Both the position numbers and the translations under genes were made by a program. 64,000 nt of DNA from Armatimonadota bacterium (GTDB lineage: Bacteria > Armatimonadota > UBA10988): positions 16,894-80,893 of the forward strand of contig JACRKZ010000082.1 of assembly GCA_016235455.1 (NCBI GenBank), read 5' to 3'. The first letter of the stretch is position 1; each line of letters starts with the position of its first letter. Below are positions 44,056 to 55,281 of this stretch, piece by piece. Below the pieces are notes generated by a model. The model was not told the origin of the DNA and searched no databases. It saw nothing but the letters and a program-made list of their open reading frames with translations.

Positions 44056-44198
44056 GCTGTAGAGCGCTTGGACCTTCTCGACGCCCGGCTGCACCGCGCC
44101 TCCCGGCCGACAGCGCCAGTTGGGTGCGCCGTCTGTCACATAGTATACTCGGTCTATCGAGGGCTCCACCGCAGAGGTTGGGCTGGGAGTATTTCGCG

Positions 44199-45605
44199 AT
44201 GTTGGGTCTGCGATGGTGGGCGGCCGTGGTGATGGTGTCAGCGGTCGCCGCGTCGGCCGCAGGGGAGGAGCCGATCAAGCTGGTGCCCATGCTGCCCGCG
44301 TCCGATGGGCGGTTGGTCTGCCCCGTTGGCCTGGTGCTGCGCGGCCCGGCCGAGGGCTCCGCGGCCTTCCAGTCGGGCTCGGTGCTCGCCTGGAACGAAG
44401 CGGGCCGCGTGTTCTACCAGCAGGATCTGGACACCGCGGCGTTCACGCGCTTGACGGGTGTGTCGCGGCTGTCGTCGGGCCAGGCCGTACTGGTCACCCA
44501 GCGGCACACCTTCCGTGTTTCGGACCGGCCGGTGCGACTGGCCTACGTGCTGGATATGCTGTTGCCCGATGGCACCCATGACCGACAGGTGCACTGGTAT
44601 GCGCTGCGGCTTGAGGCGCAGCCCCTGCCGACCTTGCCCGCCGGCCGGCCACGTTTCGAGATTCGCCCCTATCCCGACCAGCCCGAGGGCAGTCTGATGA
44701 CACGTAGCGGTCGCTCGGTGTGGGCCTTCCAGGTCTGGCTCCAAGAGACCAACGGCGTGCCGGTGAAGGTCAGCTCGGTGCAGTGGCAGGCGCGCGATGG
44801 CGCGGGCCAGGTCGTGGCGGAAGCCAAGCTGCCGGCCGCCACCACCGGCGGCGCAGCGCTGGTCTGCGGGCCCGACGCCGTCACCGCTATCGCCGGCCAG
44901 CGCATCGTCGTGCCGACCGGACAGAACGCCGCCGAGTTGGCCCTGGTGGCCACGGGCAACCTGCCCAACGGCGAAGCGGTCACGGCCATGTACCGTGCGC
45001 CGCTGGCGCCGGCCCGCACCACGCCCAGCAGCTCCGTGGTCCGCCTGCCGTTCCGGGGCATCTGGCACGTCGCCGCCGCGCCCGGCCAGGCGGTGAACTT
45101 CGGCAACCTGCAGAACGGCTGGGTCTTCGATATGCTCGACAAGGCCAAGCGGCCCTACCGCGGCACCGGTGCCCGGCCCGCCGACCACCTGGCCTTTGGC
45201 CAGAACGTGCTGGCGCCGGCCGACGGCACGGTCTCGGCGGTGAGCGCCGAGACCGACGACGCCGTCACGCCTCGGGCCGGCGGGCTGTTTGCGCCGGTGC
45301 GCGAGAACTACGTGCTGATCGACCACGGCCACGGCGAGCGGAGCTACCTGGGTGGCCTCAGCCGAGCCGGGCTGCAGGTGGTGGTGGGCATGACCATCCG
45401 CGCCGGCGGGCTAGTGGGCCGAGTCGGCAACAACGGCGCGTTCGCCCGGCCGGCACTGACCTATCGCCTGCTGCGCGGCGCCGACGCCGTGCCCGAGTTG
45501 CTGTCCATCGCGCCCCGGCTACAGCCGTACCGCGCCCTGGTCGGCGGCAAGTGGCAGGCCGTTGACGGCCCGCCCGAGGATGATGAGCTGGTCCAGGGCG
45601 AGTGA
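44199..45605 (+). CDS. Secreted M23-peptidase-fold protein, apparently catalytically inactive
   Basis: LPFRG.W.V, FGQNVLAPADGTV, NYVLIDHG and G..VGRVGNNG are present, but the HxH motif is replaced by ALT. Confidence 0.78.
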   Translation: MLGLRWWAAVVMVSAVAASAAGEEPIKLVPMLPASDGRLVCPVGLVLRGPAEGSAAFQSGSVLAWNEAGRVFYQQDLDTAAFTRLTGVSRLSSGQAVLVTQRHTFRVSDRPVRLAYVLDMLLPDGTHDRQVHWYALRLEAQPLPTLPAGRPRFEIRPYPDQPEGSLMTRSGRSVWAFQVWLQETNGVPVKVSSVQWQARDGAGQVVAEAKLPAATTGGAALVCGPDAVTAIAGQRIVVPTGQNAAELALVATGNLPNGEAVTAMYRAPLAPARTTPSSSVVRLPFRGIWHVAAAPGQAVNFGNLQNGWVFDMLDKAKRPYRGTGARPADHLAFGQNVLAPADGTVSAVSAETDDAVTPRAGGLFAPVRENYVLIDHGHGERSYLGGLSRAGLQVVVGMTIRAGGLVGRVGNNGAFARPALTYRLLRGADAVPELLSIAPRLQPYRALVGGKWQAVDGPPEDDELVQGE

Positions 45606-45758
45606 GCCGGCGCCACAGGCCACCGGTCCCCGCGGCCGCACGCGGTCAGCTTGGCCGGTCGGTGCACGTGCCCCGTGTCAGCGCCAACGCGGTTGGCCAC
45701 CCCCCACGCCGCGACTGACGGCCCCCGGCGGCGAGTCGCATCAGCGCCTCGGTCGCGG

Positions 45759-45787
45759 TTGCCAGCATCTGGGGCGCATGCTATACT
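45759..45787 (+). promoter_or_regulatory. Sigma70 promoter for the yceD-rpmF-plsX-fab operon
   Basis: TTGCCA-17 nt-TATACT with an extended TGn. Confidence 0.75.
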
Positions 45788-45818
45788 GCGCCGGTTCGGT
45801 GAGCGACGGGAGACCGCA

Positions 45819-46331
45819 GTGCACCTTGTCGTCGATGAGATGCTCGTACGCGAGCGCAAAGAATGGACGGCTTGGTTTGACGAGGTGGTCGACCTGGAGG
45901 GTGATGGCACCTGGGCCGCACGTGGTTGCGGCGAGCTGAAGCTGGCGGTTGATGCCGCACGGGTTCAGGTCCGCGGGTCCGTCACGGCGGACATTCCGCG
46001 CGAGTGCGACTGCTGTCTGGCCCACTTCCTTCACACTGTCGGCGCGAAAGTGGCCGAGGTGTGCTTGATGGGCGAGGCCGAGTCGGGCGATGCGGCCTGG
46101 GATGAGGACAATGAGGTCTGGCGGGTCGGCCTGGGTGGTCGGGTCGACGTGACCGAGATGGTCCGCCAGGCGATCCTGCTGGCCCTGCCTACGCGGGGCG
46201 TATGCGGCGACGACTGTCCACGAGCCCGCGAACTGGACACAACACAGCACGAGGCGCAGGTGGACCCGCGATGGGCTGGCCTGACGCAACTGCAGAGGAT
46301 GGGAGAGGACGATGGCCGTCCCGAAGCGTAA
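45819..46331 (+). CDS. yceD: DUF177/YceD family protein
   Basis: ECDCCL, VDVTEMVRQAILLALP...C...C and DPRWAGL; conserved position upstream of rpmF. Confidence 0.85.
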   Translation: MHLVVDEMLVRERKEWTAWFDEVVDLEGDGTWAARGCGELKLAVDAARVQVRGSVTADIPRECDCCLAHFLHTVGAKVAEVCLMGEAESGDAAWDEDNEVWRVGLGGRVDVTEMVRQAILLALPTRGVCGDDCPRARELDTTQHEAQVDPRWAGLTQLQRMGEDDGRPEA

Positions 46332-46509
46332 AACCAGCAAGGCCCGGCACCGCAAGCGCTTTGCCACCTGGAATGGGAATGTTGAGGCCGTGAAGGTTGT
46401 GCGTTGCCGCTCGTGCGGTGGCGTGCACCGCCCCCATGTGGCTTGCCCCTACTGTGGCAACTACAAGGGCGAAAAGGTGATGGAGCCGCGCGCCAAAGAG
46501 ATCGACTAG
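46312..46509 (+). CDS. rpmF: 50S ribosomal protein L32
   Basis: MAVPKRKTSKAR and CxxC...PHVACPYCG.Y. Confidence 0.97.
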   Translation: MAVPKRKTSKARHRKRFATWNGNVEAVKVVRCRSCGGVHRPHVACPYCGNYKGEKVMEPRAKEID

Positions 46510-46521
46510 CGGAGGGCGCCC

Positions 46522-47523
46522 ATGCGCATCGCCATCGACGCGATGGGCGGCGACCTCGCCCCGACCGAGATTGTGGCCGGGACTCTCGAGGCGGCCTCCC
46601 TGTGGCCGGATACCGAATTCATCCTCATCGGCGACGAAACCGCTATCCTTCGGGAGATGCGGGGCTTGCGCCGGATGAACGTGCGGGTCGAACATGCGCC
46701 CGACGTTATCGAGATGGATGACGACCCGGCGCGCGCGGTGCGACGCAAGCCCAAGTCCAGCCTGGTCCAGGCCTGTCGCCTGGTCGCCGAGGGCGAGGCC
46801 GAAGGCATCTTCTCGGCGGGCAACACCGGCGCCGTGGCGACCGCTGCCCTGTTGGGCATCGGCCGCATCCCCGGCGTCAGCCGGCCGTGTATCTCCGTCA
46901 TCCTGCCGGCCAAGACGCCGACGGGCAAGATAGTGGTGTGCGATGCCGGCGCCAATGTCGACTGCAAGCCCGAGTGGCTGGCGCAGTTCGGCACCATGGC
47001 CAGCATGTACGCCGCCGATGTGGAAGGCATTCCCAACCCCCGGGTTGGTCTGCTCAACATCGGTGAGGAGCCCTGCAAGGGCAACGCACTGTCCAAGGCG
47101 GCCTTCGGGCTGCTGAGCAACGCCGGCCTCAACTGGGTCGGCAATGTGGAAGCCAAGCATGTCTTCCGTGGCGTGGCCGATGTCGTCACCTGTGATGGTT
47201 TCGACGGCAATCTGCTGCTCAAACTCGCGGAAGGCATGGGCGAGTTCGTGATGTCGATGGTCAAAGACGCGATGACCAGCTCACCGCTGGCCAAGCTCGG
47301 GGCCTTGTTGGCCAAGCCGGGCCTGCGGCGCGTCAAGCAGGCGGTCGACTATGCCGAGTACGGCGGAGCCGTATTGCTCGGTATCCGAGGCCTCGTGGTC
47401 ATTGGCCACGGCTGCTCCAAGAGCAAGGCCGTCGTGTCGGCGCTGAGGCGCACGCGCGACGGGCTCGACCATGGCCTGGTCGGTCGGCTCACGGAGCATT
47501 TCGCCGCTACTGTGGCGGCGTAG
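46522..47523 (+). CDS. plsX: Phosphate acyltransferase PlsX
   Basis: IAIDAMGGD, SAGNTGA, DAGANVD, LLNIGEE and DVVTCDGFDGN. Confidence 0.97.
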   Translation: MRIAIDAMGGDLAPTEIVAGTLEAASLWPDTEFILIGDETAILREMRGLRRMNVRVEHAPDVIEMDDDPARAVRRKPKSSLVQACRLVAEGEAEGIFSAGNTGAVATAALLGIGRIPGVSRPCISVILPAKTPTGKIVVCDAGANVDCKPEWLAQFGTMASMYAADVEGIPNPRVGLLNIGEEPCKGNALSKAAFGLLSNAGLNWVGNVEAKHVFRGVADVVTCDGFDGNLLLKLAEGMGEFVMSMVKDAMTSSPLAKLGALLAKPGLRRVKQAVDYAEYGGAVLLGIRGLVVIGHGCSKSKAVVSALRRTRDGLDHGLVGRLTEHFAATVAA

Positions 47524-47595
47524 CAACCAAACTGGGTAAGGGCTGGGCCCCTGGGGCTCGTGCCGCCCGCAATCAGAATAGAGCGGAGAGCATCC

Positions 47596-48564
47596 GTGGC
47601 AAGCACACTGGGGCCGGTAGGCATCATCGGTTCAGGCCTGGCTGTACCCACACGCGTCATCACCAACGATGACCTTTCCCAGACCGTCGATACTTCCGAC
47701 GAGTGGATCTTCAGCCGTACCGGCATTCGCGAGCGCCGTCGCCTCGATGCCGGCACCGATACCAGCGACCTGGCCGCCGCCGCCGGCGCGCGCGCCATCG
47801 ACAATGCGGGTATCGGCCGCGATGAGATCGACACGGTCATCTGCGCTACGATCACGCAGGACATGTCCTTCCCCAACACCGCCTGCATGGTGCAGGCCAA
47901 GCTCGGACTGCCCAAGGGCGCTGCGTTCGACCTGGGCGCCGCCTGCAGCGGGTTCGTCTACGGCATGGTCACCGGGAGCAGCCTGATCCAGACAGGGCGA
48001 GCCAAGACGATTCTGCTGGTCGGCGCCGATGCGCTCAGCAAGCACCTCGACTGGACCGACCGCGGCACCTGCGTGCTGTTCGGTGACGGTGCCGGCGCAG
48101 CCGTACTACGCGCCGTGCCCGAGGGCTTTGGCCTGCTCGGCGCCAACCTCGGCTGCGATGGCACCGGCGGCCCCTTGTTGCTGCGCACCGCCAACGGCCG
48201 CGAGGATGGCGTTCCGGTACTGCAGATGTCCGGCCGCGAAGTCTACAAGTTCGCCGTCCGCATTCAGCCCGAGGCCTGCGAGGCCGCGCTCAATGAGGCT
48301 GGCATGACCATCGACCAGATCGATTGGTTCATCCCCCATCAGGCCAACATCCGTATCATCGAGGCCGCCGTGCAGCGCCTGGGCATTCCCGAAGAGAAGG
48401 TGCTGCTCAATCTCGACCGCTACGGCAACACCTCGGCCGCCTCCATCCCCATCGTCCTGGCCGAAGCCGTGGCCGATGGCCGGCTCAAGCGCGGCGACAA
48501 CGTCCTGCTGGTTGGATTTGGCGCGGGCCTCACCTGGGGCTCCGCGGTCATCAGGTGGTATTGA
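47596..48564 (+). CDS. fabH: 3-oxoacyl-ACP synthase III
   Basis: DTSDEWI..RTGI, AACSGF, PHQAN, YGNTSAAS and GFGAGLTWG. Confidence 0.97.
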   Translation: MASTLGPVGIIGSGLAVPTRVITNDDLSQTVDTSDEWIFSRTGIRERRRLDAGTDTSDLAAAAGARAIDNAGIGRDEIDTVICATITQDMSFPNTACMVQAKLGLPKGAAFDLGAACSGFVYGMVTGSSLIQTGRAKTILLVGADALSKHLDWTDRGTCVLFGDGAGAAVLRAVPEGFGLLGANLGCDGTGGPLLLRTANGREDGVPVLQMSGREVYKFAVRIQPEACEAALNEAGMTIDQIDWFIPHQANIRIIEAAVQRLGIPEEKVLLNLDRYGNTSAASIPIVLAEAVADGRLKRGDNVLLVGFGAGLTWGSAVIRWY

Positions 48565-48565
48565 T

Positions 48566-49477
48566 ATGAATGCCCTCGTCTTCCCCGGCCAAGGCAGCCA
48601 GATTGCCGGTATGGCGGCGGACGTCCATGAGGTCTCGGCGCTGGCTCGCGACCTCTTCGCCCAGGCCGACGAGGCGCTATCTGCCTGCGGCCTGCCGGCG
48701 CCGTTGTCGAGCCTGTGCTTTGAGGGGCCAGACGATCTGCTCAAGCAGACCGAGATCGCCCAACCCGCGCTGCTGGCCGCCAGCTACGTGCTGTACCGCG
48801 TGGGCCAGGCCAAGGTCGGCCAGTTCGCCCTCTGCGCGGGCCACAGCCTCGGTGAATACACCGCCCTGGTCGCCGCCGGCTCGCTCGACTTCGGCACCGC
48901 CTTGCGCCTCGTGCGCCGCCGCGGTGAACTCATGCGCGATGCGGCCGCGGCCCATCCTGGCGCCATGGCCGCCGTGATCAACCTCGACGACGCTGTGGTG
49001 GCTCAGCTCTGCCTGGACGCGCCCGGCACGGTGGTGCCCGCCAACTACAACTCGCCCGGGCAAGTCGTGGTCTCTGGCGAGCCCGAGGCCGTGGCGGCGG
49101 TCGTCGCGGCGGCCAAAGCCGCTGGCGGTCGCGGCCTGCCGCTCAAGGTGTCCGGCGCGTTCCACTCACCGTTGATGGCCAGCGCCGCGCAAGCCATGGC
49201 GGCAGAGCTGGCTGGCACGGACATCGCCGCCGCCAACGTGCCGGTGATTCAGAATGTCACCGGCCTGCCCACCACGGATTCCGAGCAGTTGCGCACGGGG
49301 CTCGCACAGCAGGTGACGGGCAGCGTCCGCTGGACGCAGACTGTACAGGCCATGGCCGCCGCCGGCGTGTCGCGGATGGTTGAATGCGGGCCTGGCACCG
49401 TGCTCACGGGATTGCTCAAGCGCATCGACCCAAGCGTCGAGGGCGCCAACATCAACTCGCTGGAGTCGACCGTCTAG
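48566..49477 (+). CDS. fabD: Malonyl-CoA:ACP transacylase
   Basis: FPGQGSQ, GHSLGEY and VSGAFHS. Confidence 0.97.
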   Translation: MNALVFPGQGSQIAGMAADVHEVSALARDLFAQADEALSACGLPAPLSSLCFEGPDDLLKQTEIAQPALLAASYVLYRVGQAKVGQFALCAGHSLGEYTALVAAGSLDFGTALRLVRRRGELMRDAAAAHPGAMAAVINLDDAVVAQLCLDAPGTVVPANYNSPGQVVVSGEPEAVAAVVAAAKAAGGRGLPLKVSGAFHSPLMASAAQAMAAELAGTDIAAANVPVIQNVTGLPTTDSEQLRTGLAQQVTGSVRWTQTVQAMAAAGVSRMVECGPGTVLTGLLKRIDPSVEGANINSLESTV

Positions 49478-49492
49478 CAAGGAGCGCTGCCC

Positions 49493-50239
49493 ATGTTCTC
49501 GCTCGAAGGCAAGGTTGCCCTGGTGACTGGGGCCGGTCGCGGCATCGGCCGCACCGTGGCGCTGACGTTGGCCCACCAAGGCTGCCGGCTGGTCGTGAAC
49601 AACCTCAGCGCCGAGCGCAATGAGGCTATCGTGCAGGCCGTTCGCGACACGGGCGCGGAAGCCGTCGGCGTGTGTGGCAGTGTCCATGAGGCGGCCGTGG
49701 CCGACGCCTGCGTGAAGGCCGCGATCGAGGCCTTCGGCCGAGTGGACATCGTCGTCAACAACGCCGGCATCACCCGCGATGGGCTCATCGCTCGCATGAG
49801 TGACGAGGCCTGGCGCGAGGTGCTCGATGTCAACCTGACCGGTGCGTTCAACATCATTCGCGCCGCGACGCGGCCGCTGCTCAAGCAGAAAGCCGGTCGC
49901 ATCATCAACATCAGTTCTGTCGTGGGCCGCATGGGCAATGCCGGCCAGGCCAACTATGCCGCCTCCAAGGCCGGCTTGATCGGCCTGACCAAGGCCACGG
50001 CGCGCGAGTTGGCTCCGCGTGGCATCACGGTGAACGCCGTGGCGCCAGGGTTCATCGATGAAGGGATGACCGAGGGGTTGGGTGAGGATTTGCGCCAGGC
50101 CTTGCTCCAACAGATACCCCTGGGTAGACTAGGGAGCGCCGACGACGTTGCGTCGGCGGTCGTGTTCCTGGCGAGTGAGGCCGCCGCGTACGTCACGGGC
50201 CAAACCCTGAGCGTCGATGGCGGCATGACCATGATATAG
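49493..50239 (+). CDS. fabG: 3-oxoacyl-ACP reductase
   Basis: TGAGRGIG, NNAGITRD and NYAASK. Confidence 0.97.
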   Translation: MFSLEGKVALVTGAGRGIGRTVALTLAHQGCRLVVNNLSAERNEAIVQAVRDTGAEAVGVCGSVHEAAVADACVKAAIEAFGRVDIVVNNAGITRDGLIARMSDEAWREVLDVNLTGAFNIIRAATRPLLKQKAGRIINISSVVGRMGNAGQANYAASKAGLIGLTKATARELAPRGITVNAVAPGFIDEGMTEGLGEDLRQALLQQIPLGRLGSADDVASAVVFLASEAAAYVTGQTLSVDGGMTMI

Positions 50240-50291
50240 AGCGGCTCGCACCTAACGAGCCAAGCACCATCTGGGCAAGAGGAGAGGGCTA

Positions 50292-50531
50292 GTGTCAGCG
50301 TCTGTTTACGATCGCATTCGGGACATCGTGGTCGAGGAGCTGAGCGTCAATGCCGACCAGGTCACGCCGACCGCTCGGTTCATGGAAGACCTCGGCGCCG
50401 ATTCGTTGGCCATCGTCGAGATGATCATGAAGATCGAGGAAGAGCTCGAGGTCGAGATCCCCGACGAGGAGGCCGAGAAGCTCGCCACCGTCGCCGACGC
50501 CGTGAAGTACGTCGAAGAGCACTTGAGCTGA
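50292..50531 (+). CDS. acpP: Acyl carrier protein
   Basis: EDLGADSL and EIPDEEAEK. Confidence 0.96.
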   Translation: MSASVYDRIRDIVVEELSVNADQVTPTARFMEDLGADSLAIVEMIMKIEEELEVEIPDEEAEKLATVADAVKYVEEHLS

Positions 50532-50664
50532 ATGTCCCGCGCGTGCCAGCCGAGTGCTGGCCGCGCGGTTGGCCGTCACACGGCGGAGCCGCCCAAACGG
50601 CACCGCCGTGGCTGCTGTCTGCTGGCGCCGAGACTCGCTCGGCGCGATAGCGCTGGGAGTACCG

Positions 50665-51906
50665 ATGCCGATGGAGCGGCGACGCGTGGTCGTTACGGGC
50701 ATGGGCGCCGTGACCCCAATTGGCAACAATGTGCCCGACTTGTGGGACAGCCTGGTGGCTGGCCGAGGCGGCGTGGGTACCATCACGCGCTTCGACAGCA
50801 CCGGGTTCGGCAGCTCCCTCGGTGCCGAGGTCAAAGGCTTTGACCCCACCACCATCCTCGAAGGCAGGATGGCCAAGCGCACCGACCCGTTCATCATCTA
50901 CGGCATGGCGGCCGCCAAGGAAGCCGTCGCCCACGCCGGGCTGATCATCGATGAGAGCAATGCCGACCGCGTTGGCGTCGTCTTCGGCTCCGGTATCGGC
51001 GGACTCAAGTCGCTCCACGACAACTTCCAGATTCTCGCCACGCGCGGGCCGTCACGCGTCAGCCCCTTTTTGATCCCAATGCTCATCGGCAACATGGCCG
51101 CCGGCATGATCAGCATTGACATCGGTGCCAAAGGCCCCAACAAATCGGTGCAGACGGCTTGCGCCACCAGCGCGCACTGCATTGGTGATGCCGTCCGCTT
51201 GGTGCAGCACGGCGACTGCGACGTGGTGCTCGCCGGCGGCTCCGAAGCCTGCATCGAGTCGCTGGCGGTTGCCGGCTTCTGCTCCATGAAGGCGCTCAGC
51301 ACGCGCAACGACGACCCCGAGCATGCCTGCCGACCTTTCGATAAGGAACGCGACGGCTTCATCATGGGCGAGGGCGGCTGCGCCCTGGTGCTGGAGACCC
51401 TGGAGCACGCCCTGGCGCGCGGCGCCGAGCCGCTGGCCGAGCTGGCCGGCTACGGCATGAGCGGTGATGCCTACCACATTGCGGCGCCCCACCCCGAGGG
51501 CCACGGCGCCTACAAGGCGATGCGACAGGCACTGGCCGACGCGGAACTCGACGCCACCGACCTTTCCTACATCAACGCCCACGCCACTTCCACGCCGGCT
51601 GGCGACGTGGCCGAGGTCAACGCGCTCAAGCGCCTGTACGGCGGCCAAGTTCCCGTCGCTGTTAGTTCCTCCAAGAGCATGACCGGGCACCTTCTCGGAG
51701 CTTCTGGCGCCCTGGAGACGCTGATCTGTATCCAGGCTCTCCGCACCGGTGTTGTACCGCCGACCATCAACTACGAGGTCCCCGATCCCGCGTGTGACCT
51801 GGACTGTGTGCCAAACACAGCGCGCGAGCTCAAGGTCACCGCCGCCATGAGCAACTCGTTCGGATTCGGTGGGCACAACTGCAGTCTGGTCGTGAAGGCC
51901 ATCTAG
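50665..51906 (+). CDS. fabF: 3-oxoacyl-ACP synthase II
   Basis: RRVVVTGMG, TACATS, NAHATST, KSMTGHLLGA and SNSFGFGGHN. Start 50665 or 50671. Confidence 0.97.
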   Translation: MPMERRRVVVTGMGAVTPIGNNVPDLWDSLVAGRGGVGTITRFDSTGFGSSLGAEVKGFDPTTILEGRMAKRTDPFIIYGMAAAKEAVAHAGLIIDESNADRVGVVFGSGIGGLKSLHDNFQILATRGPSRVSPFLIPMLIGNMAAGMISIDIGAKGPNKSVQTACATSAHCIGDAVRLVQHGDCDVVLAGGSEACIESLAVAGFCSMKALSTRNDDPEHACRPFDKERDGFIMGEGGCALVLETLEHALARGAEPLAELAGYGMSGDAYHIAAPHPEGHGAYKAMRQALADAELDATDLSYINAHATSTPAGDVAEVNALKRLYGGQVPVAVSSSKSMTGHLLGASGALETLICIQALRTGVVPPTINYEVPDPACDLDCVPNTARELKVTAAMSNSFGFGGHNCSLVVKAI

Positions 51907-52227
51907 CGCGGCCCTCACTGTTGCCGCGGCCTGTGTCTCGGGTCCTTCTCTGCCCGTCTCCGAGAGGGCGTGCCGGCCGCCCTCTTTGGCCAGCACGCCC
52001 CCTTCGCCTGCCGGGAGCGCACTACGGTCCACCGTGCCGCTCCCGCGCCATTCCTGTCACGAGCCGCTCCGCCCAGGTTCTGTGCCTCGCTACGCCGCGC
52101 CATGCACCGCCCCGTCCTGCGCGTCTCGTTGCTAACCGGGGCCCGGTACTTCCCGCACGGCAGTGATGCTCCGGGGCTCCTTCAGCCACACTCAACGATC
52201 CGCCCAGGCACCACAACGTTCTGCCCC

Positions 52228-52265
52228 AAAAGGCAAAGGCCCTCAGCCTAAGCCGAGAGCCTTTG
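52228..52265 (-). terminator. Probable rho-independent terminator of the pil/secretin operon
   Basis: CAAAGGC..CTC.GC / GC.GAG..GCCTTTG stem followed by CCTTTT on the minus strand, about 20 nt after the secretin stop. Confidence 0.6.
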
Positions 52266-52285
52266 ACAAGGATGCTGGCAGTTGC

Positions 52286-54193
<1,908 letters not shown>

Positions 54194-54243
54194 GGTTCCA
54201 TCTCCTCGCCGCAAGCGGCCCTTCGTGTGCGTTCTCTAACCCC

Positions 54244-54281
54244 TGGCTCAGCCCCGCACCCAGTGTAGCGAGGCTGAGCCA
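54244..54281. other. Intergenic stem-loop between the STN-domain gene and the secretin
   Basis: 10-bp perfect inverted repeat TGGCTCAGCC ... GGCTGAGCCA with no U-tract. Confidence 0.55.
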
Positions 54282-54312
54282 TATAGACAACCGCTACCGG
54301 CAATCGGCTCGT

Positions 54313-55149
54313 CTATCGATTGTTGCGATTGTTGTTCCGGTTGTTGTTGCGATTGTTGTTGCCGTTGTTGTTCCGGTTGTTGTTATTGTTGTTGCCGAAA
54401 CCGCCATTGTTGTTGTTGCCGAAGCCGCCGTTATTGTTGCCATTCATGCCGTTCATGCCGTTCATGCCGCCATAGGCGCCACCACCGGACATCATCATCA
54501 GCATCTGGTAGCGCAACGGCATGCCCTGGATGCCCTTCTCCTGGTTGCTGAACAGCATGGCCAGCGCGGGAGCATCAGCGTAGCGCAACGGGATGACCAC
54601 GGGCATGCCCTTCGCGGAAGCCGTGGCATTCGGCGCATCGGCAGCTGTGCCTGCGCCGGCCAGGCCAGGCATCGCGGCGGGAGCGCCCGGCGCCATCATG
54701 CCACCAGGGTTCGTGGCGGCCGGCCGGGTACCGGTGGGCCGCGGCGGCGTGGGTCGCGTCGGCACGGCACCGGTGAAGCCGGTACCGGGCACGGCGCCCG
54801 TCGCCGGCGTCGGCGGGGTCGGGGCAGCGCCACCACCGGCGCCATCCGCCGGTTTGATGATGTAGACGTCCTGCACCACGTCGAACTGCGCCTTGGCGGT
54901 GCTCAGCACCAGTTTGAGCGCCTCGTCGAAGGGCTTGTTGTTGATCGCGATGGTGACCGGTGTGTCACCGTTCACGCCCGGCGTCAGCACGTACTCGAAC
55001 GCCACCTGCTGCTTGACCAGGTCGAGGACCTGGCTCAGCCGCGCGTCCTTGAGATTCAGGGTGATCACGCCGTCGGCGGCGCTCGCCCGACCAACCGTCA
55101 ATGCCAGCACCAGTGCGGCGCTCAAAACTGTTGCGGCGATCCTTCGCAT
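54313..55149 (-). CDS. Stand-alone secretin N-domain (STN/N0-like) protein with an Asn-rich tail
   Basis: Signal peptide; ITLNLKDARLSQVL..., VTIAINNKPFDEALKLVL...VYIIK and IPLRYADA. No secretin beta-barrel domain. GGAGG RBS. Confidence 0.8.
   Translation of the reverse strand: MRRIAATVLSAALVLALTVGRASAADGVITLNLKDARLSQVLDLVKQQVAFEYVLTPGVNGDTPVTIAINNKPFDEALKLVLSTAKAQFDVVQDVYIIKPADGAGGGAAPTPPTPATGAVPGTGFTGAVPTRPTPPRPTGTRPAATNPGGMMAPGAPAAMPGLAGAGTAADAPNATASAKGMPVVIPLRYADAPALAMLFSNQEKGIQGMPLRYQMLMMMSGGGAYGGMNGMNGMNGNNNGGFGNNNNGGFGNNNNNNRNNNGNNNRNNNRNNNRNNR
54316..54470 (-). repeat. (AAC)n-rich low-complexity tract encoding a poly-Asn/NNNR tail
   Basis: MNGMNGMNGNNNGGFGNNNNGGFGNNNNNNRNNNGNNNRNNNRNNNRNNNR. 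Confidence 0.9.
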
Positions 55150-55281
55150 GGTCGCTCTCCTCCGCGGAATCATTCCGTATAGGTTCTTACCCCGGCTTGT
55201 CACCGTTCATTCACATCCCGGGCGCGTGTTTTTCAGTCTACCTCATTCGGCGCGAGTCCGCACGCACCTTCCGCCGACTCC

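Noticed and set aside
47596-51906. Secondary-metabolite type II PKS cluster
   Set aside because: The gene order rpmF-plsX-fabH-fabD-fabG-acpP-fabF is the standard fatty-acid synthesis operon, with no chain-length factor or tailoring genes.
51907-52285. RNase P RNA, tmRNA, SRP RNA or tRNA in the fabF-secretin gap
   Set aside because: I found no GAGGAAAGTCC RNase P motif, no tRNA-like ends with a T-loop and CCA, and no SRP GGAA loop motif on either strand.
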